Below, piece after piece: positions 31,144 to 41,647 of a stretch of DNA of 64,000 bases; position 1 is the stretch's first letter, and every line of letters starts with the position of its first letter. The notes under the pieces were generated by a model that was given only the letters and a program-made list of their open reading frames with translations, did no database searches and was not told where the DNA came from. The DNA is from a bacterium. GTDB lineage: Bacteria > Hinthialibacterota > Hinthialibacteria > Hinthialibacterales > Hinthialibacteraceae. The translations under genes were made by a program, and so were the position numbers. Where the stretch lies: contig CAXXSM010000061.1 in assembly GCA_963663405.2 (NCBI GenBank), positions 1 to 64,000 on the forward strand, in the 5' to 3' direction.

Positions 31144-33012
31144 GTGAAAGAACAAAAGAATGGCGGAAAAATTTCAATCCGGTTTGAACCGATGGGAGTG
31201 GAAATAACCGCGGTTCCTCCGATCCGCCTCATGGACGCGGCTGCGGAAGCGGGAATCTCGCTTGAACATCCCTGCGGGGGTGGCGGCCTTTGTGGATTAT
31301 GCAAGGTGAAGATCGATGGCGCCAGGCCGGATCATACCGAAGCGGAAGAGGCTCTGCTGACGGAAGAAGAGATCGGCGAGGGGATTTACCTATCCTGCAA
31401 GACGGTTTTAACTGGTTCCTCCATTGTTGAATGCAAAACAGGCCGGATCACGGAAGCGGGAATCGTTATCATCGAGGGAGTCAACGCGCCGGTTGAATTA
31501 CGCCCGTATGTATCCCGGCTCCGGATGGAAATCCCGGCCCCCTCGCTTGACGATCAACGCAGTGATCAGCAGCGCCTTCTTGATGAAATTTCAAAAACTG
31601 GACGATCTGTAACTTCAATCAATCCAGAGGTTTTAGCCTTACTTCCCGGATTGTTGCGCACGTATAAATGGAACGTCTCCATCATCGTTTTCAACGAAGA
31701 AATTGTGGCCGTGCGTGAATATGAAGATAATGGGAGAATTCTGGGCGTAGCCATCGATGTGGGAACGAGCACCGTAGTGGCTTCTTTGATCGATCTGGAA
31801 ACGGGAGAAGAATTGGACGCCGCGGGCGCGGTGAATAAACAAATTCTGTTCGGCCCCGATGTGATATCCCGAATCGGACACGCGCGCGGTCAAGAAAACG
31901 GCATTGCTCAATTGCAGGAAAAAATTCTTGAAACCATCAATCAGTTAATTGACACCCTCTTGGAACGAACGGGAGAAGATGTCTCTCATGTCTGGCGGAT
32001 TCTCGCAGCGGGCAACACGATCATGCAACATCTGCTTTTGGGGATCGATCCGATTCCGATCGCTTCCACGCCATTCGTTCCCGCCACGAATCAATCCATC
32101 GAACGGCCAGCCGGAAATATGGATTTGCGAGCCGCTCCTCAAGCCTATCTCTCGGTCTCTCCATCGATCGCAGGATATATCGGTGGGGACATTGTTGCGG
32201 ATATTCTCGCGTGTGGGATGCATTGCGCGCAGCAACCTTCGTTATTGATCGATATCGGCACGAACGCGGAAATCGTTTTGGGGTGTCAAGATCGCATGTT
32301 GGCCTGCTCTTCCCCTGCGGGACCGGCGTTTGAGGGCTGGCAGATCGAATGTGGCATGAGAGCGATGGAGGGAGCGATCGCGTCCATATCCATCGAAAAT
32401 GAAGACTTAAACATCCAAACCATTGAAAACGCCGAACCGGCCGGGATTTGTGGATCTGGATTGATCGACGCGTTGGCGGTTCTACTCCAACTCGGTGTTG
32501 TTGATGGAACGGGCCGTCTCCTCGGCCGGGATGAATACGAAGGGCCTGATTGGGCGCGTGAACGGATCGTAACTCATGAGGATCTACCGAGTTTTGTCTT
32601 AACTCCCCCCCCAAAAAAGCCGATATATTTATCAAGTCTTGATGTTCGAAACCTTCAACTGGCGAAAGCGGGGATTCAAGCGGGGATTCGTATAGCGCTT
32701 AAAAAATGGAATTTAAGGCTGGATGAGCTCGAAAATATCTTTATCGCGGGAGCATTTGGGAGTAAAATCTGTCCAGAATCAGCTCAAATAGTGGGATTAA
32801 TCCCGCCAATTTCTTATAAAAAAATTCAATTTATTGGCAATTCAGCCCATGTTGGAGCTAAATTAATGCTATTATCTTACGTAGAATGGGAATTTGCATC
32901 TTTAATTAGTGAAAAAATGTGCTATTTTGAACTTGCAGGACAACGTGGTTTTCAGAACACTTTCTCGGAATCCATAGGATTTGGGGAGGATTGGAAAAAA
33001 AACGAAAATTAA
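31144..33012 (+). CDS. RACo/ASKHA (DUF4445) reductive activator of corrinoid proteins with N-terminal 2Fe-2S domain
   Basis: PCGGGGLCGLCKV ferredoxin motif; AIDVGTSTV, FGPDVISRI, IDIGTNAE, AGPAFEG, GICGSG, QLAKAGI, AGAFG. Start uncertain. Confidence 0.92.
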   Translation: MKEQKNGGKISIRFEPMGVEITAVPPIRLMDAAAEAGISLEHPCGGGGLCGLCKVKIDGARPDHTEAEEALLTEEEIGEGIYLSCKTVLTGSSIVECKTGRITEAGIVIIEGVNAPVELRPYVSRLRMEIPAPSLDDQRSDQQRLLDEISKTGRSVTSINPEVLALLPGLLRTYKWNVSIIVFNEEIVAVREYEDNGRILGVAIDVGTSTVVASLIDLETGEELDAAGAVNKQILFGPDVISRIGHARGQENGIAQLQEKILETINQLIDTLLERTGEDVSHVWRILAAGNTIMQHLLLGIDPIPIASTPFVPATNQSIERPAGNMDLRAAPQAYLSVSPSIAGYIGGDIVADILACGMHCAQQPSLLIDIGTNAEIVLGCQDRMLACSSPAGPAFEGWQIECGMRAMEGAIASISIENEDLNIQTIENAEPAGICGSGLIDALAVLLQLGVVDGTGRLLGRDEYEGPDWARERIVTHEDLPSFVLTPPPKKPIYLSSLDVRNLQLAKAGIQAGIRIALKKWNLRLDELENIFIAGAFGSKICPESAQIVGLIPPISYKKIQFIGNSAHVGAKLMLLSYVEWEFASLISEKMCYFELAGQRGFQNTFSESIGFGEDWKKNEN

Positions 33013-33254
33013 CATAAAGTCCTTTTTTTTCTTGACATTCGATCAAAAATATTTTATTAAGTAGTATAATCAAAACGACCATTGCGCCGGAGGGTTGTCT
33101 GTGCGAGAATGGTCTAACAAAAATGGAAACTATTCTGCTTGAATAAAAGAGGTTACAAATGAACAATCATTCGGCTGCACTGCGGAACCAGAATGTATTC
33201 GTGCGTGGCTATAGAATCAATGCGGCTGAGTTCGGGAGAGGAGAAAAACACCCT

Positions 33255-36200
33255 ATGAAACGTATCGTTCACCGACTGGTTAGTTCGCTAGCCTTCCTTC
33301 TGGTTCTGGTGTTACCAGCTGTTTCTCAAGACGCTCAGTGGGATTTTGTGTACAATGGCGATCAGCTGCCCCAGACCATCATCGACAATGGTGGAACGGA
33401 TTGGCTCGCTATTGAAGGAGAAACAAACGGTCAGCCGGACTACGAAACGCTCGTCCTGTCTGATGAAGCGCAAGTGGGCGGTATATGGTCCCGCCGGGAC
33501 GATAATTCCACACCTGATCCCGATAAATCGGCCTGGGCCAGAGGATATTACTTCGGCGTAAATAGTTATGCCGCGTATACAGGCAAGATGACTCTCGTTC
33601 TTCGTATTAAAGACCTAGGTACTGGCAGCCAAAAATCCGTCATCGATTTTCACACCGATTTTGAAAACGCCAACGACGCGAGATATTTCACTCTGGGCCA
33701 TGTGGTGGAAAGCACCGATGGGCCGGCGGGTTGGGAATTCGGACAAACCGATGACAGCCGCAATGGAAACGGCCTTAGCGATGTCCGCACCGGCGGCTAC
33801 AACGAATGGGCGATTATTCGTATTACCGTCGTCGATGAAATCCCTGGCGATGGCCGATCTCGTTTGACGGCTTGGCAGGACGGCGTTTTAGTGTACGACT
33901 CGATTCGTGGCGACGATCTCCCTGCGGGGGGATTCGGCGCGATCGGTTTTCGCCGCACGTCGGGTGGCAGCGAGCAACAAATGGCGATCGACTGGATCCG
34001 TATGAGTTTCACAGACGCGTACGTTCCTGGTGACGGTCCTCTTACACCGAACGGCGGCTCGGATTCTCCTGGATGGGATTTCGTCTATAACGGTGATGTT
34101 CTTCCGGAAACTATCGTCCAAAGCGGTGGCGTGGACTGGCAAGCGCGCAGTGGAGAAACCAACGGACGGCCGATTTATGAATCCATTCTTCCCAGTATGG
34201 AAGCCCAGGTGGGAGGCCTTTGGTCCCGCCGTGATGATAATTCCGAGGATCCGGACGCTCCAGGCGCCAGCAACTGGGCCCGCGGGTATCTCTTCGGAAC
34301 CGACATTTACGACAAATGGAACGGGCGCATGACATTGATCGTCCGAATTAAAGACCTTGGCACAACCAGCCAAAAATCCGTCATTGATTTCACCACCGCT
34401 GATGGATCGAATTATTGGACATTGGGACACGTTATCGAAAGCGGCGATGGACCGGCGGGATGGGAATTCGGTCAAACCGACGACTCAAGAAACGGTAACG
34501 GCGAAAGTGATGTCCGCACAGGCGGATATGACAAATTCGTCGTCATCCGGATTGTGATCATTGATGATGTTCCTGGCGATGGAGTATCGTTTATCAAAGC
34601 TTGGCAAGATGGACAACTGATTTATCAATCCGAGCGGGATGACAGCATCTCCATTGGGGAATTTGGTGAAGTCGCGTTCCGCCGGACATCGGGTGGCGGG
34701 GAACAGCATATGGAAATTGACTGGGTTCTCATGAAATTTGGAAACGCATGGGAACCAGGCTCTGGTTCGGAAACCCCGGCGGGCTTGTATGATGGGGCCG
34801 GCGCCAATGTGATGAACTTCCCACGTCCCGATCTCGTCAACGGCGCCATCAGTTTGGATACACTCGGTACCATTCGAACCGTCCACGATCCTCAACTGGG
34901 CGCGGGCGCGAACAAATTGTTCGAAGTGGATGAAAACGGCGTTCCCACCCAGTTCGATATTTTCTACCTGGGATTTGATGTCTATCGTGATCTCGAAGTT
35001 GTCGCGAACGATGAAGATGTGCTGACCGGCTTGATCGCTTTGGATAAATACGCCGGCGTTCATACCTACACAGTGACCGGACCGGGTTTGGTCGTCACGG
35101 GACCAGGAATGATCGTATCCGGCGCGGCGAATGGGCCTAAGATTGACTACTCAGAGGGAATCGCGGAATATAACGCGGAACACCCCAATCCATTTAATCC
35201 TGAGATCCCGCTCGTCAGTCTTCCCTACTTCCCATTCGATCTGCCCACCGATGGAGACATTCCGGTACGAGGCGCCCGAGAGGGTGTTGCGCGTGACCTG
35301 GAAGTGGCGATTGACTGGCGTCCCGCAACGAACGCCTTCCAGGGATATTACCTCCTTGACGCGTATGCGGGCGTTCATTATGTGAACAATCCATCCATTC
35401 TCGCAATGCTGGCTCTGAACCCAGGTGAAGAAGGAACCCAGAAATTCTTCGATATCTTTGGATTTAAAAACTACTACCGCGAAGATTATGGTGGAATCGA
35501 TGAACAAGGGAATGTTTTAGTGAAAGAACCCCCTTACTTCTTCTTCTCCCCGGACAGCGCGATTCCGATTGCGCGTGATCTTGAGGTGATGGTCCGATTC
35601 GAAGAAGTGACCACTCCAATGATCAACGATTCGCAAGACCGGAATCAGCTCGCGATCGATGAAGGCATTGACGTAGATAATCTCTTCCAGCCCATCGAGA
35701 TGAGCGAAGACCGGCTGGATTATACGAAACCTGTTTATACCGAAAAGGTCGCGGTTACGAACGGGTACGTTATTCTTGATGGATTTGGCGCTGTCTTCAG
35801 CATGATCGAAGATGAAGAAGGCAATCCGGTTCCGGCTCCTTGGGAGAATGAAGAAACCGGCGCGATCGATCCATCACTTGATTCACCGTACTTCGCGAAT
35901 CCACCGTTCACCGATGGTGACGACTACGACATCGTCGTTGATATTGAGATCCTGCCCAGCGGTAAAGGTTATTGTCTGCTGACCCGGTTGGGTGAAGTCT
36001 TTGTGATTAACGGTGTCGGCGTAGCGCCTGAAGAGAACTTTGTCACACCAGGAATCGAAGATGAATTTCTCGTCTTCGGTTTCGACGCGGCGCGCAATCT
36101 GGAACTGGTATCAAACGAAGAAGGAAAAGTCATTGGGATGTATGTCGTAGACCGCTTCGGTACAATCCATACAGCGGGTGACGCTCCGGCGCTGCCGAGT

Positions 36201-36308
36201 GAAATCCTCTTCTTCGCGAACGGCTACTCACGTGACCTCGAACTCTCACCGTATAGCCGGCCGGTTACCAGCCCATATTATGTACCGGCGTCTGTCGAAA
36301 ACGATTAA
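33255..36308 (+). CDS. Large secreted protein: two tandem ~245-aa beta-rich domains plus a C-terminal propeller-like repeat region
   Basis: Signal peptide; repeats begin at 33339 and 34074 (WDFVYNGD.LP); recurrent ARDLE and GYxxLDxxxxVH motifs. Confidence 0.8.
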   Translation: MKRIVHRLVSSLAFLLVLVLPAVSQDAQWDFVYNGDQLPQTIIDNGGTDWLAIEGETNGQPDYETLVLSDEAQVGGIWSRRDDNSTPDPDKSAWARGYYFGVNSYAAYTGKMTLVLRIKDLGTGSQKSVIDFHTDFENANDARYFTLGHVVESTDGPAGWEFGQTDDSRNGNGLSDVRTGGYNEWAIIRITVVDEIPGDGRSRLTAWQDGVLVYDSIRGDDLPAGGFGAIGFRRTSGGSEQQMAIDWIRMSFTDAYVPGDGPLTPNGGSDSPGWDFVYNGDVLPETIVQSGGVDWQARSGETNGRPIYESILPSMEAQVGGLWSRRDDNSEDPDAPGASNWARGYLFGTDIYDKWNGRMTLIVRIKDLGTTSQKSVIDFTTADGSNYWTLGHVIESGDGPAGWEFGQTDDSRNGNGESDVRTGGYDKFVVIRIVIIDDVPGDGVSFIKAWQDGQLIYQSERDDSISIGEFGEVAFRRTSGGGEQHMEIDWVLMKFGNAWEPGSGSETPAGLYDGAGANVMNFPRPDLVNGAISLDTLGTIRTVHDPQLGAGANKLFEVDENGVPTQFDIFYLGFDVYRDLEVVANDEDVLTGLIALDKYAGVHTYTVTGPGLVVTGPGMIVSGAANGPKIDYSEGIAEYNAEHPNPFNPEIPLVSLPYFPFDLPTDGDIPVRGAREGVARDLEVAIDWRPATNAFQGYYLLDAYAGVHYVNNPSILAMLALNPGEEGTQKFFDIFGFKNYYREDYGGIDEQGNVLVKEPPYFFFSPDSAIPIARDLEVMVRFEEVTTPMINDSQDRNQLAIDEGIDVDNLFQPIEMSEDRLDYTKPVYTEKVAVTNGYVILDGFGAVFSMIEDEEGNPVPAPWENEETGAIDPSLDSPYFANPPFTDGDDYDIVVDIEILPSGKGYCLLTRLGEVFVINGVGVAPEENFVTPGIEDEFLVFGFDAARNLELVSNEEGKVIGMYVVDRFGTIHTAGDAPALPSEILFFANGYSRDLELSPYSRPVTSPYYVPASVEND

Positions 36309-36332
36309 TTCAAGTCTTAGAGTGATTCTGAC

Positions 36333-36370
36333 CGGGCCGGCTTTCTTAGCCGGCCCGATTTCTTTTATTT
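36333..36370 (+). terminator. Rho-independent terminator
   Basis: CGGGCCGGCT/AGCCGGCCCG stem plus T-rich tail. Confidence 0.8.
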
Positions 36371-36513
36371 TCCCCCTCAACAAACGCTGGTCTCACAGCC
36401 ATAATAAATAGAATTATCTTTATTTCTTTTTTTAGACGGTTGAAAACAAACCTCGATCGTACCCGCGTTCATAGAGAGCCCGCGCCATTCCGGATAGGCG
36501 TATAAAAAACACT

Positions 36514-37992
36514 ATGCAAAATTGCGACAACAAATTCGCCTCGATCTCGCTCACATTCGACGACGTGCTTCTCCTGCCCGGTTATTCTGAAGTCCTGCCC
36601 AATGAAGTCGATCTCTCGACCACCTTCGCAGGGAATATCAAAATGTCCATTCCTCTCTGTTCCGCCGCGATGGACACAGTGACGGAATCACGGATGGCTA
36701 TCGCATTGGCGCAGGAAGGGGGCATCGGCGTCATTCACCGGAACATGCCGATCCAAGCGCAAGCGCGGGAAGTCGATAATGTGAAACGTTCCGAAAGTGG
36801 GATGATCGTCGATCCGATTACTCTGCGGCCCGATGACACGTTAAAAGACGCCTTGGATATCATGGCCCAGTATCATATTTCCGGCATCCCAATCACAGAA
36901 GATGGCAAACTGGTTGGTATTCTCACCAACCGGGATCTCCGATTTATCGAGGATGAAGCCGGATTGATCTCGGAGCATATGACGAAAGAGAATTTAGTCA
37001 CCGCCCCCGTCGGAACAACACTCGAACAAGCGGAAGAAGAACTGCATAAACGGCGCATTGAAAAACTACCCGTCGTCGATGACGAGGGGAATCTGCGCGG
37101 CCTGATAACGGTGAAGGATATCGAGAAAAAACGCCGGTTTCCCTTCGCTGCGAAAGACGAGTTGGGCCGCTTGCGGGTAGCGGCCGCAATTGGCGTCAGT
37201 GATAAAGATATCACAGAACGGGCGGGCGCGCTGATTAAATCCGGCGTTGACGCGCTCGTTATAGACACCGCTCATGGCCATACAAAACGAGTCGGTGACG
37301 CGGTACAACGTTTAAAGAAGGATTACCCAAACGCCGTTGTTGTCGCAGGCAACGTAGCGACAACCGATGGGGCGAAATATCTCTGCGATTGTGGAGTGGA
37401 TGGGATTAAGGTAGGCATGGGCCCAGGATCGATCTGCACGACACGGGTGATCAGTGGCGCCGGTGTTCCACAAATCTCTGCGATCCACAATTGCGCAAAA
37501 GGCATAGAATCCTATTCGGTCCGCTTAATCGCGGATGGAGGAATCAAATATTCCGGTGACGTTGCCAAAGCCTTGGCGGCGGGGGCGGATTCGGTGATGA
37601 TCGGAAGTCTCTTCGCTGGAAGCGAAGAAGCGCCTGGTGAAACCGTCATCTATGAAGGCCGCACTTTCAAGGTCTATCGTGGAATGGGATCTGTAGGAGC
37701 CATGCTGCAGGGCAGCAAAGACCGGTATGGGCAAGAAGAGGTAACGGAAGAGCAGAAACTTGTTCCCGAAGGAATCGAAGGCCGTGTGCCTTACAAAGGC
37801 AATCTGTCCGGATTCGTCTTTCAATTGATGGGAGGCGTCCGGTCCGGTATGGGGTATTGCGGCGCCCAGACGATTAAGGCGCTCCATGAGAAAGCCTGTT
37901 TTACCCAGATTACAAACGCAAGCCTCAAAGAAAGTCACGCCCACGATGTCGTGATTACTAAAGAAGCCCCCAATTATCGCTTAGGACAGTAA
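36514..37992 (+). CDS. guaB: IMP dehydrogenase
   Basis: [19 protein letters not shown] pair, [28 protein letters not shown]. Confidence 0.98.
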   Translation: MQNCDNKFASISLTFDDVLLLPGYSEVLPNEVDLSTTFAGNIKMSIPLCSAAMDTVTESRMAIALAQEGGIGVIHRNMPIQAQAREVDNVKRSESGMIVDPITLRPDDTLKDALDIMAQYHISGIPITEDGKLVGILTNRDLRFIEDEAGLISEHMTKENLVTAPVGTTLEQAEEELHKRRIEKLPVVDDEGNLRGLITVKDIEKKRRFPFAAKDELGRLRVAAAIGVSDKDITERAGALIKSGVDALVIDTAHGHTKRVGDAVQRLKKDYPNAVVVAGNVATTDGAKYLCDCGVDGIKVGMGPGSICTTRVISGAGVPQISAIHNCAKGIESYSVRLIADGGIKYSGDVAKALAAGADSVMIGSLFAGSEEAPGETVIYEGRTFKVYRGMGSVGAMLQGSKDRYGQEEVTEEQKLVPEGIEGRVPYKGNLSGFVFQLMGGVRSGMGYCGAQTIKALHEKACFTQITNASLKESHAHDVVITKEAPNYRLGQ

Positions 37993-38010
37993 CAAGATTT
38001 CAATTCCCAT

Positions 38011-39825
38011 TCAAGCGCTTTTTTCCTCCCCCGGAGGAGCGATATACTCCATCGCTTCTTGGAACCGGCCGGACTGGACGCAGGCTAAACCGAAAGCGTG
38101 ACGGATTTCTTCGTTGGATGAACCTGAAGATACCAGGCGCTTGAGGATTTGATACGCTTCTTCATTCTCCCCTGCTTTTAAGCAGACATTTCCTAACGCA
38201 AGCAAGAGGTCTCGATGGGCGTTTCCCCGTTTTACGTAGGACCGTAATATATTCAGCGCTTTTTCCACTTCTCCCATTAGGCTCCAGGAATGAGACAATA
38301 GGATGACGGCCTCACTCCTGTCAGGCTCTTTTTCTAGAAGGTTCTGGCAAAGAGGAATGGTCTGTTCATGCTCTCCCCGGTCAGCGAAAGAGACGGCTCT
38401 CCAATAGAGTATTTCGGGACAATCCGGCAATAGATTTATTGCGTTTTCAAATGAATGAAACGCATCTTGATAAAATCCTTTCGCTCGATAAGCGAGACCG
38501 AGATGAAGGTGTACTTGGCCATCCGTATCGTCACGCCGGAGCGTATCCTTCAAGATTTTGATACCACGGTTATATTCGTGGGTTTGGACGAAAGCGATTC
38601 CCAAGCGGCGAAGGGTTTTCAATGAATCCGGATTCCTTTTTAAGATGACTCCGAGCAAAGGAATCGCCGTTTCCCACATATTCCGGTCGAAACTGAGCCG
38701 CGCGAGATGGGTGATTAAATGGAACCGGTCCGGTTTCAAAGCAAGGGCTTTTTTATAAATTTCGACCGCGGAATCCATCATTTCCGCTTCTTCGTACGCT
38801 TTACCCAATTCCATCTTGTATTCGTAATTATTAGGATCGAATTTAACCGCTTTGTGTAAATGTTCGATCCGTTCATTCCTGTTTTCGGGTGAAGGATAAC
38901 AATCCGCGAGCCGCGCGTAGACGGCCGCATTCTTTGGGTCGTATCGGAGAGCTTCGTTGAGTTTCTCGATGGCGGATTCATAATGCCCTTGAACGATGAA
39001 TTCTTCTGCGAGTGTTTTCAACCGGTCCACTTCTGCGGTCACGATGCTGGGTGAAGTGTGGACGAGCGTATCAATAAAGGTTTGAAGGGCGTATAAGCGT
39101 TGATTGAAAGGCATCCCCTTCATTTTTTGATTGATTTGAACTTCTAATTTCACACGCTGGGGCGTTTCGACATATTGAAGGTATTCTTTTAGTGATTGAA
39201 GCAGACTTTGTTCTTCTGTAAGATCTTTCGACCGGTTGCGGGTAAGCGCGTCAAAACAGGTTCCGATTTGGGATTGGAAATAGTGATATTGTTTCAATCC
39301 CATGCGCAAATCATCGATTACTTTCCGCATTTCGATCTGTTCTTCCGGCTTGAGAGATTTCCGTTTTTCGGGATCATGATATTGTTCCAACTGGTTCTGT
39401 AACTTCTCGACACGGATTTTCTCATCTAATAATTCATCGGCAATCACATGGAACGTGTCCAAGTAATTGATTGTTGTAGAAGAAAGCCGGTTGCTTTTCC
39501 GGTCCAGGTTGTAAGTCCTGCGGAGTTCAATCAGTAAATTTCTAACCTGATCGGCTGTTCCTTCAAGGAGAACCTGTTTGAAACTGTCGACTTGTTCTTT
39601 CGCGTCTTCTGTAGACAAGCAGTCCAATAGAACTTCTTTAATCTCTTTACGTTTTAATTCAACACGCGCTTTCGAAGAGATTCGCTTTTGTTCTTTTTCG
39701 AGCTCGGCTTTATCCCCTTTAGAAGGTTTCTCCTCCTCCGGCGATTCCTCTTTGAGAGGAGTCTCGTCCTGATAGATTTCTTCATTGGCGTCTTGATCTG
39801 GATGAGGGGTATTTTCATTATTCAT
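38011..39825 (-). CDS. Coiled-coil plus tetratricopeptide repeat protein
   Basis: Multiple TPRs in the C-terminal half; ATGA overlap with the FapA-family gene. Confidence 0.8.
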   Translation of the reverse strand: MNNENTPHPDQDANEEIYQDETPLKEESPEEEKPSKGDKAELEKEQKRISSKARVELKRKEIKEVLLDCLSTEDAKEQVDSFKQVLLEGTADQVRNLLIELRRTYNLDRKSNRLSSTTINYLDTFHVIADELLDEKIRVEKLQNQLEQYHDPEKRKSLKPEEQIEMRKVIDDLRMGLKQYHYFQSQIGTCFDALTRNRSKDLTEEQSLLQSLKEYLQYVETPQRVKLEVQINQKMKGMPFNQRLYALQTFIDTLVHTSPSIVTAEVDRLKTLAEEFIVQGHYESAIEKLNEALRYDPKNAAVYARLADCYPSPENRNERIEHLHKAVKFDPNNYEYKMELGKAYEEAEMMDSAVEIYKKALALKPDRFHLITHLARLSFDRNMWETAIPLLGVILKRNPDSLKTLRRLGIAFVQTHEYNRGIKILKDTLRRDDTDGQVHLHLGLAYRAKGFYQDAFHSFENAINLLPDCPEILYWRAVSFADRGEHEQTIPLCQNLLEKEPDRSEAVILLSHSWSLMGEVEKALNILRSYVKRGNAHRDLLLALGNVCLKAGENEEAYQILKRLVSSGSSNEEIRHAFGLACVQSGRFQEAMEYIAPPGEEKSA

Positions 39826-41600
39826 TCGACATCATCCTCCTCTTCAAGAACGCGGTCTTGGTAGGGCAGCGTTTCAATGTTATCGCCCATCACGAGCACC
39901 GCCGCTGGGCCCGACGGTGTTTTAAAGGTGATGCTTTTATCAAGAATGGTGATCTCGGCGCCTGGATAGATGTTTTTCCTGGCCCGAACCATACGTACGA
40001 CATTCTGCGCTTTTTCCCGGTCCGCTTTGATCGTCTCCAACCGTTCTTCTTTCTCTTCCAATTTTACTTTCACAACCGAGATCGCCTTCTTTATTTTTTC
40101 AAACAGTGTTTGTTGATTGTGGGATAACGATCCTTCTTTTTCTTCCTTTTTTTTCAAGATAGCGGCGTTTTGCCGGTAACTCTTCAACCGGTCTTTGAGA
40201 GAGGAAATCTCTTTGTCCAATTTCTCCTCACACTCGTTCAAAGCGTTTAGATCGTGTCCGAGTTTCACCACTGTTTTGACACCAATTTCAGAACCGATCT
40301 GTTCGGCGAGCACATCATCAGAAGCCTCGATGACTCCCCCCATAATCTCCGCGCCGGAGCTATCCATTTGGATTCGTTTAACTTTAACGTTGCTTTGGAT
40401 AATCGGGCCGTGAACGCGCAGAATCCCTTTCGATTCAACATGGGCGGAGTTGATAAATTTGGCGTCAATATTTTTCCCCGCGTGGATAATCGCTTCCCCT
40501 TTTCCTTGAACGCCTCCGGTTAAAAACAAATGCTCTTTTGCAAGAATAGACGCGCCCTCCACAGTTCCCTTGACTTCGATGTTTTTCGCTGATTCGACTT
40601 TAAATCCAGACAAAACATCGCCATTTACGGAAATACAAACGGACGCTTTAACATTTCCCGTAGAATGATCCACGTTTTCTTTGATAACCAACGCGGGCAC
40701 AATCTCCAAATGATCCTCCTCCCAATAGGCGCATCCATCCACGGACGAGAGAAGAGCGAGACCGTCGTTTGAGATGTGAGTGTTTTCAATTTCAGGAAAA
40801 GGCAGGTCTTCTCCTTCACGGCATGGAATCATTTCCCCCTTCACATTCATCCCCGGCATCCCTGGAACTACAGGATTTTTCTTAATGATCACTTGGTCTT
40901 TTTCGATATTGCGAATTAAGTTCAGTTCCTTGAAATCGGCGTGCCCATCCGCCATGATGGCGGGACGGCCGTTCATGTCGCAGATCCCCAGCACATCCGT
41001 CATCGCCGCGTCTTGTCCCGGTTCCGGTTGAATGCCAAACGCCACTTTGACTGGAACGGATTCTTTCATCTGAGTAATTTTTTGGATGTTTTCATCATTA
41101 TGGCCGAAGACAATCCCCTGTCTCGTCAATCCTTCCTTAATGCGATCGACGGACCAGACATGTTTGAATTCTTTGGAAATCAAGAGAGCAGCGCTCATCA
41201 TGTCTTTGCTGATCGTAATTTCAGGACCGACTTTTAGAATCGCATCGACAATGAACGGCGCCGATGGATATTCCTTTGACGCGCCATACGATTCGGGATC
41301 CAATTCACTCGATCGAACCGCTTTCAAAATGATATCATCCAATGATTTGATCAGAGAAAATAATGTGGATTGCATCCGGTTTTGAGGGAGCGTTTCCGCC
41401 CATCCCTGCAGTTGATCGATGAGCGGCTGGCTTTGACGCAGCTGTTTGGCGGTCTTTGGATGCGTTTCTTCGATTAAGGAAAGGAAATCGTTGAGCCCAG
41501 ACTGCAGCGGTCCGAGTAGTTCGGCGAGTAGATTGGTCTCTTGAGCCGCATCATTCATTATGCCACCGCTTGACACTACCGCCGTTTCATATGCCTGCAA
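39822..41600 (-). CDS. FapA (DUF342) family protein
   Basis: DFKELNLI.N, PG.PG.NVKGE, VDHSTGNV, beta-helix, coiled coil, IYPG. Start may be 41558. Confidence 0.85.
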   Translation of the reverse strand: MQAYETAVVSSGGIMNDAAQETNLLAELLGPLQSGLNDFLSLIEETHPKTAKQLRQSQPLIDQLQGWAETLPQNRMQSTLFSLIKSLDDIILKAVRSSELDPESYGASKEYPSAPFIVDAILKVGPEITISKDMMSAALLISKEFKHVWSVDRIKEGLTRQGIVFGHNDENIQKITQMKESVPVKVAFGIQPEPGQDAAMTDVLGICDMNGRPAIMADGHADFKELNLIRNIEKDQVIIKKNPVVPGMPGMNVKGEMIPCREGEDLPFPEIENTHISNDGLALLSSVDGCAYWEEDHLEIVPALVIKENVDHSTGNVKASVCISVNGDVLSGFKVESAKNIEVKGTVEGASILAKEHLFLTGGVQGKGEAIIHAGKNIDAKFINSAHVESKGILRVHGPIIQSNVKVKRIQMDSSGAEIMGGVIEASDDVLAEQIGSEIGVKTVVKLGHDLNALNECEEKLDKEISSLKDRLKSYRQNAAILKKKEEKEGSLSHNQQTLFEKIKKAISVVKVKLEEKEERLETIKADREKAQNVVRMVRARKNIYPGAEITILDKSITFKTPSGPAAVLVMGDNIETLPYQDRVLEEEDDVE

Positions 41601-41647
41601 GTTGAAAACGAATTCTCATGATCATTCCACGATCAGACGGACCGTTT

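Noticed and set aside
33078-33230. Structured leader or riboswitch upstream of the large secreted protein
   Set aside because: Two weak hairpins only, with no recognisable aptamer consensus.
36370-36513. Purine riboswitch upstream of guaB
   Set aside because: The conserved purine aptamer core is absent.
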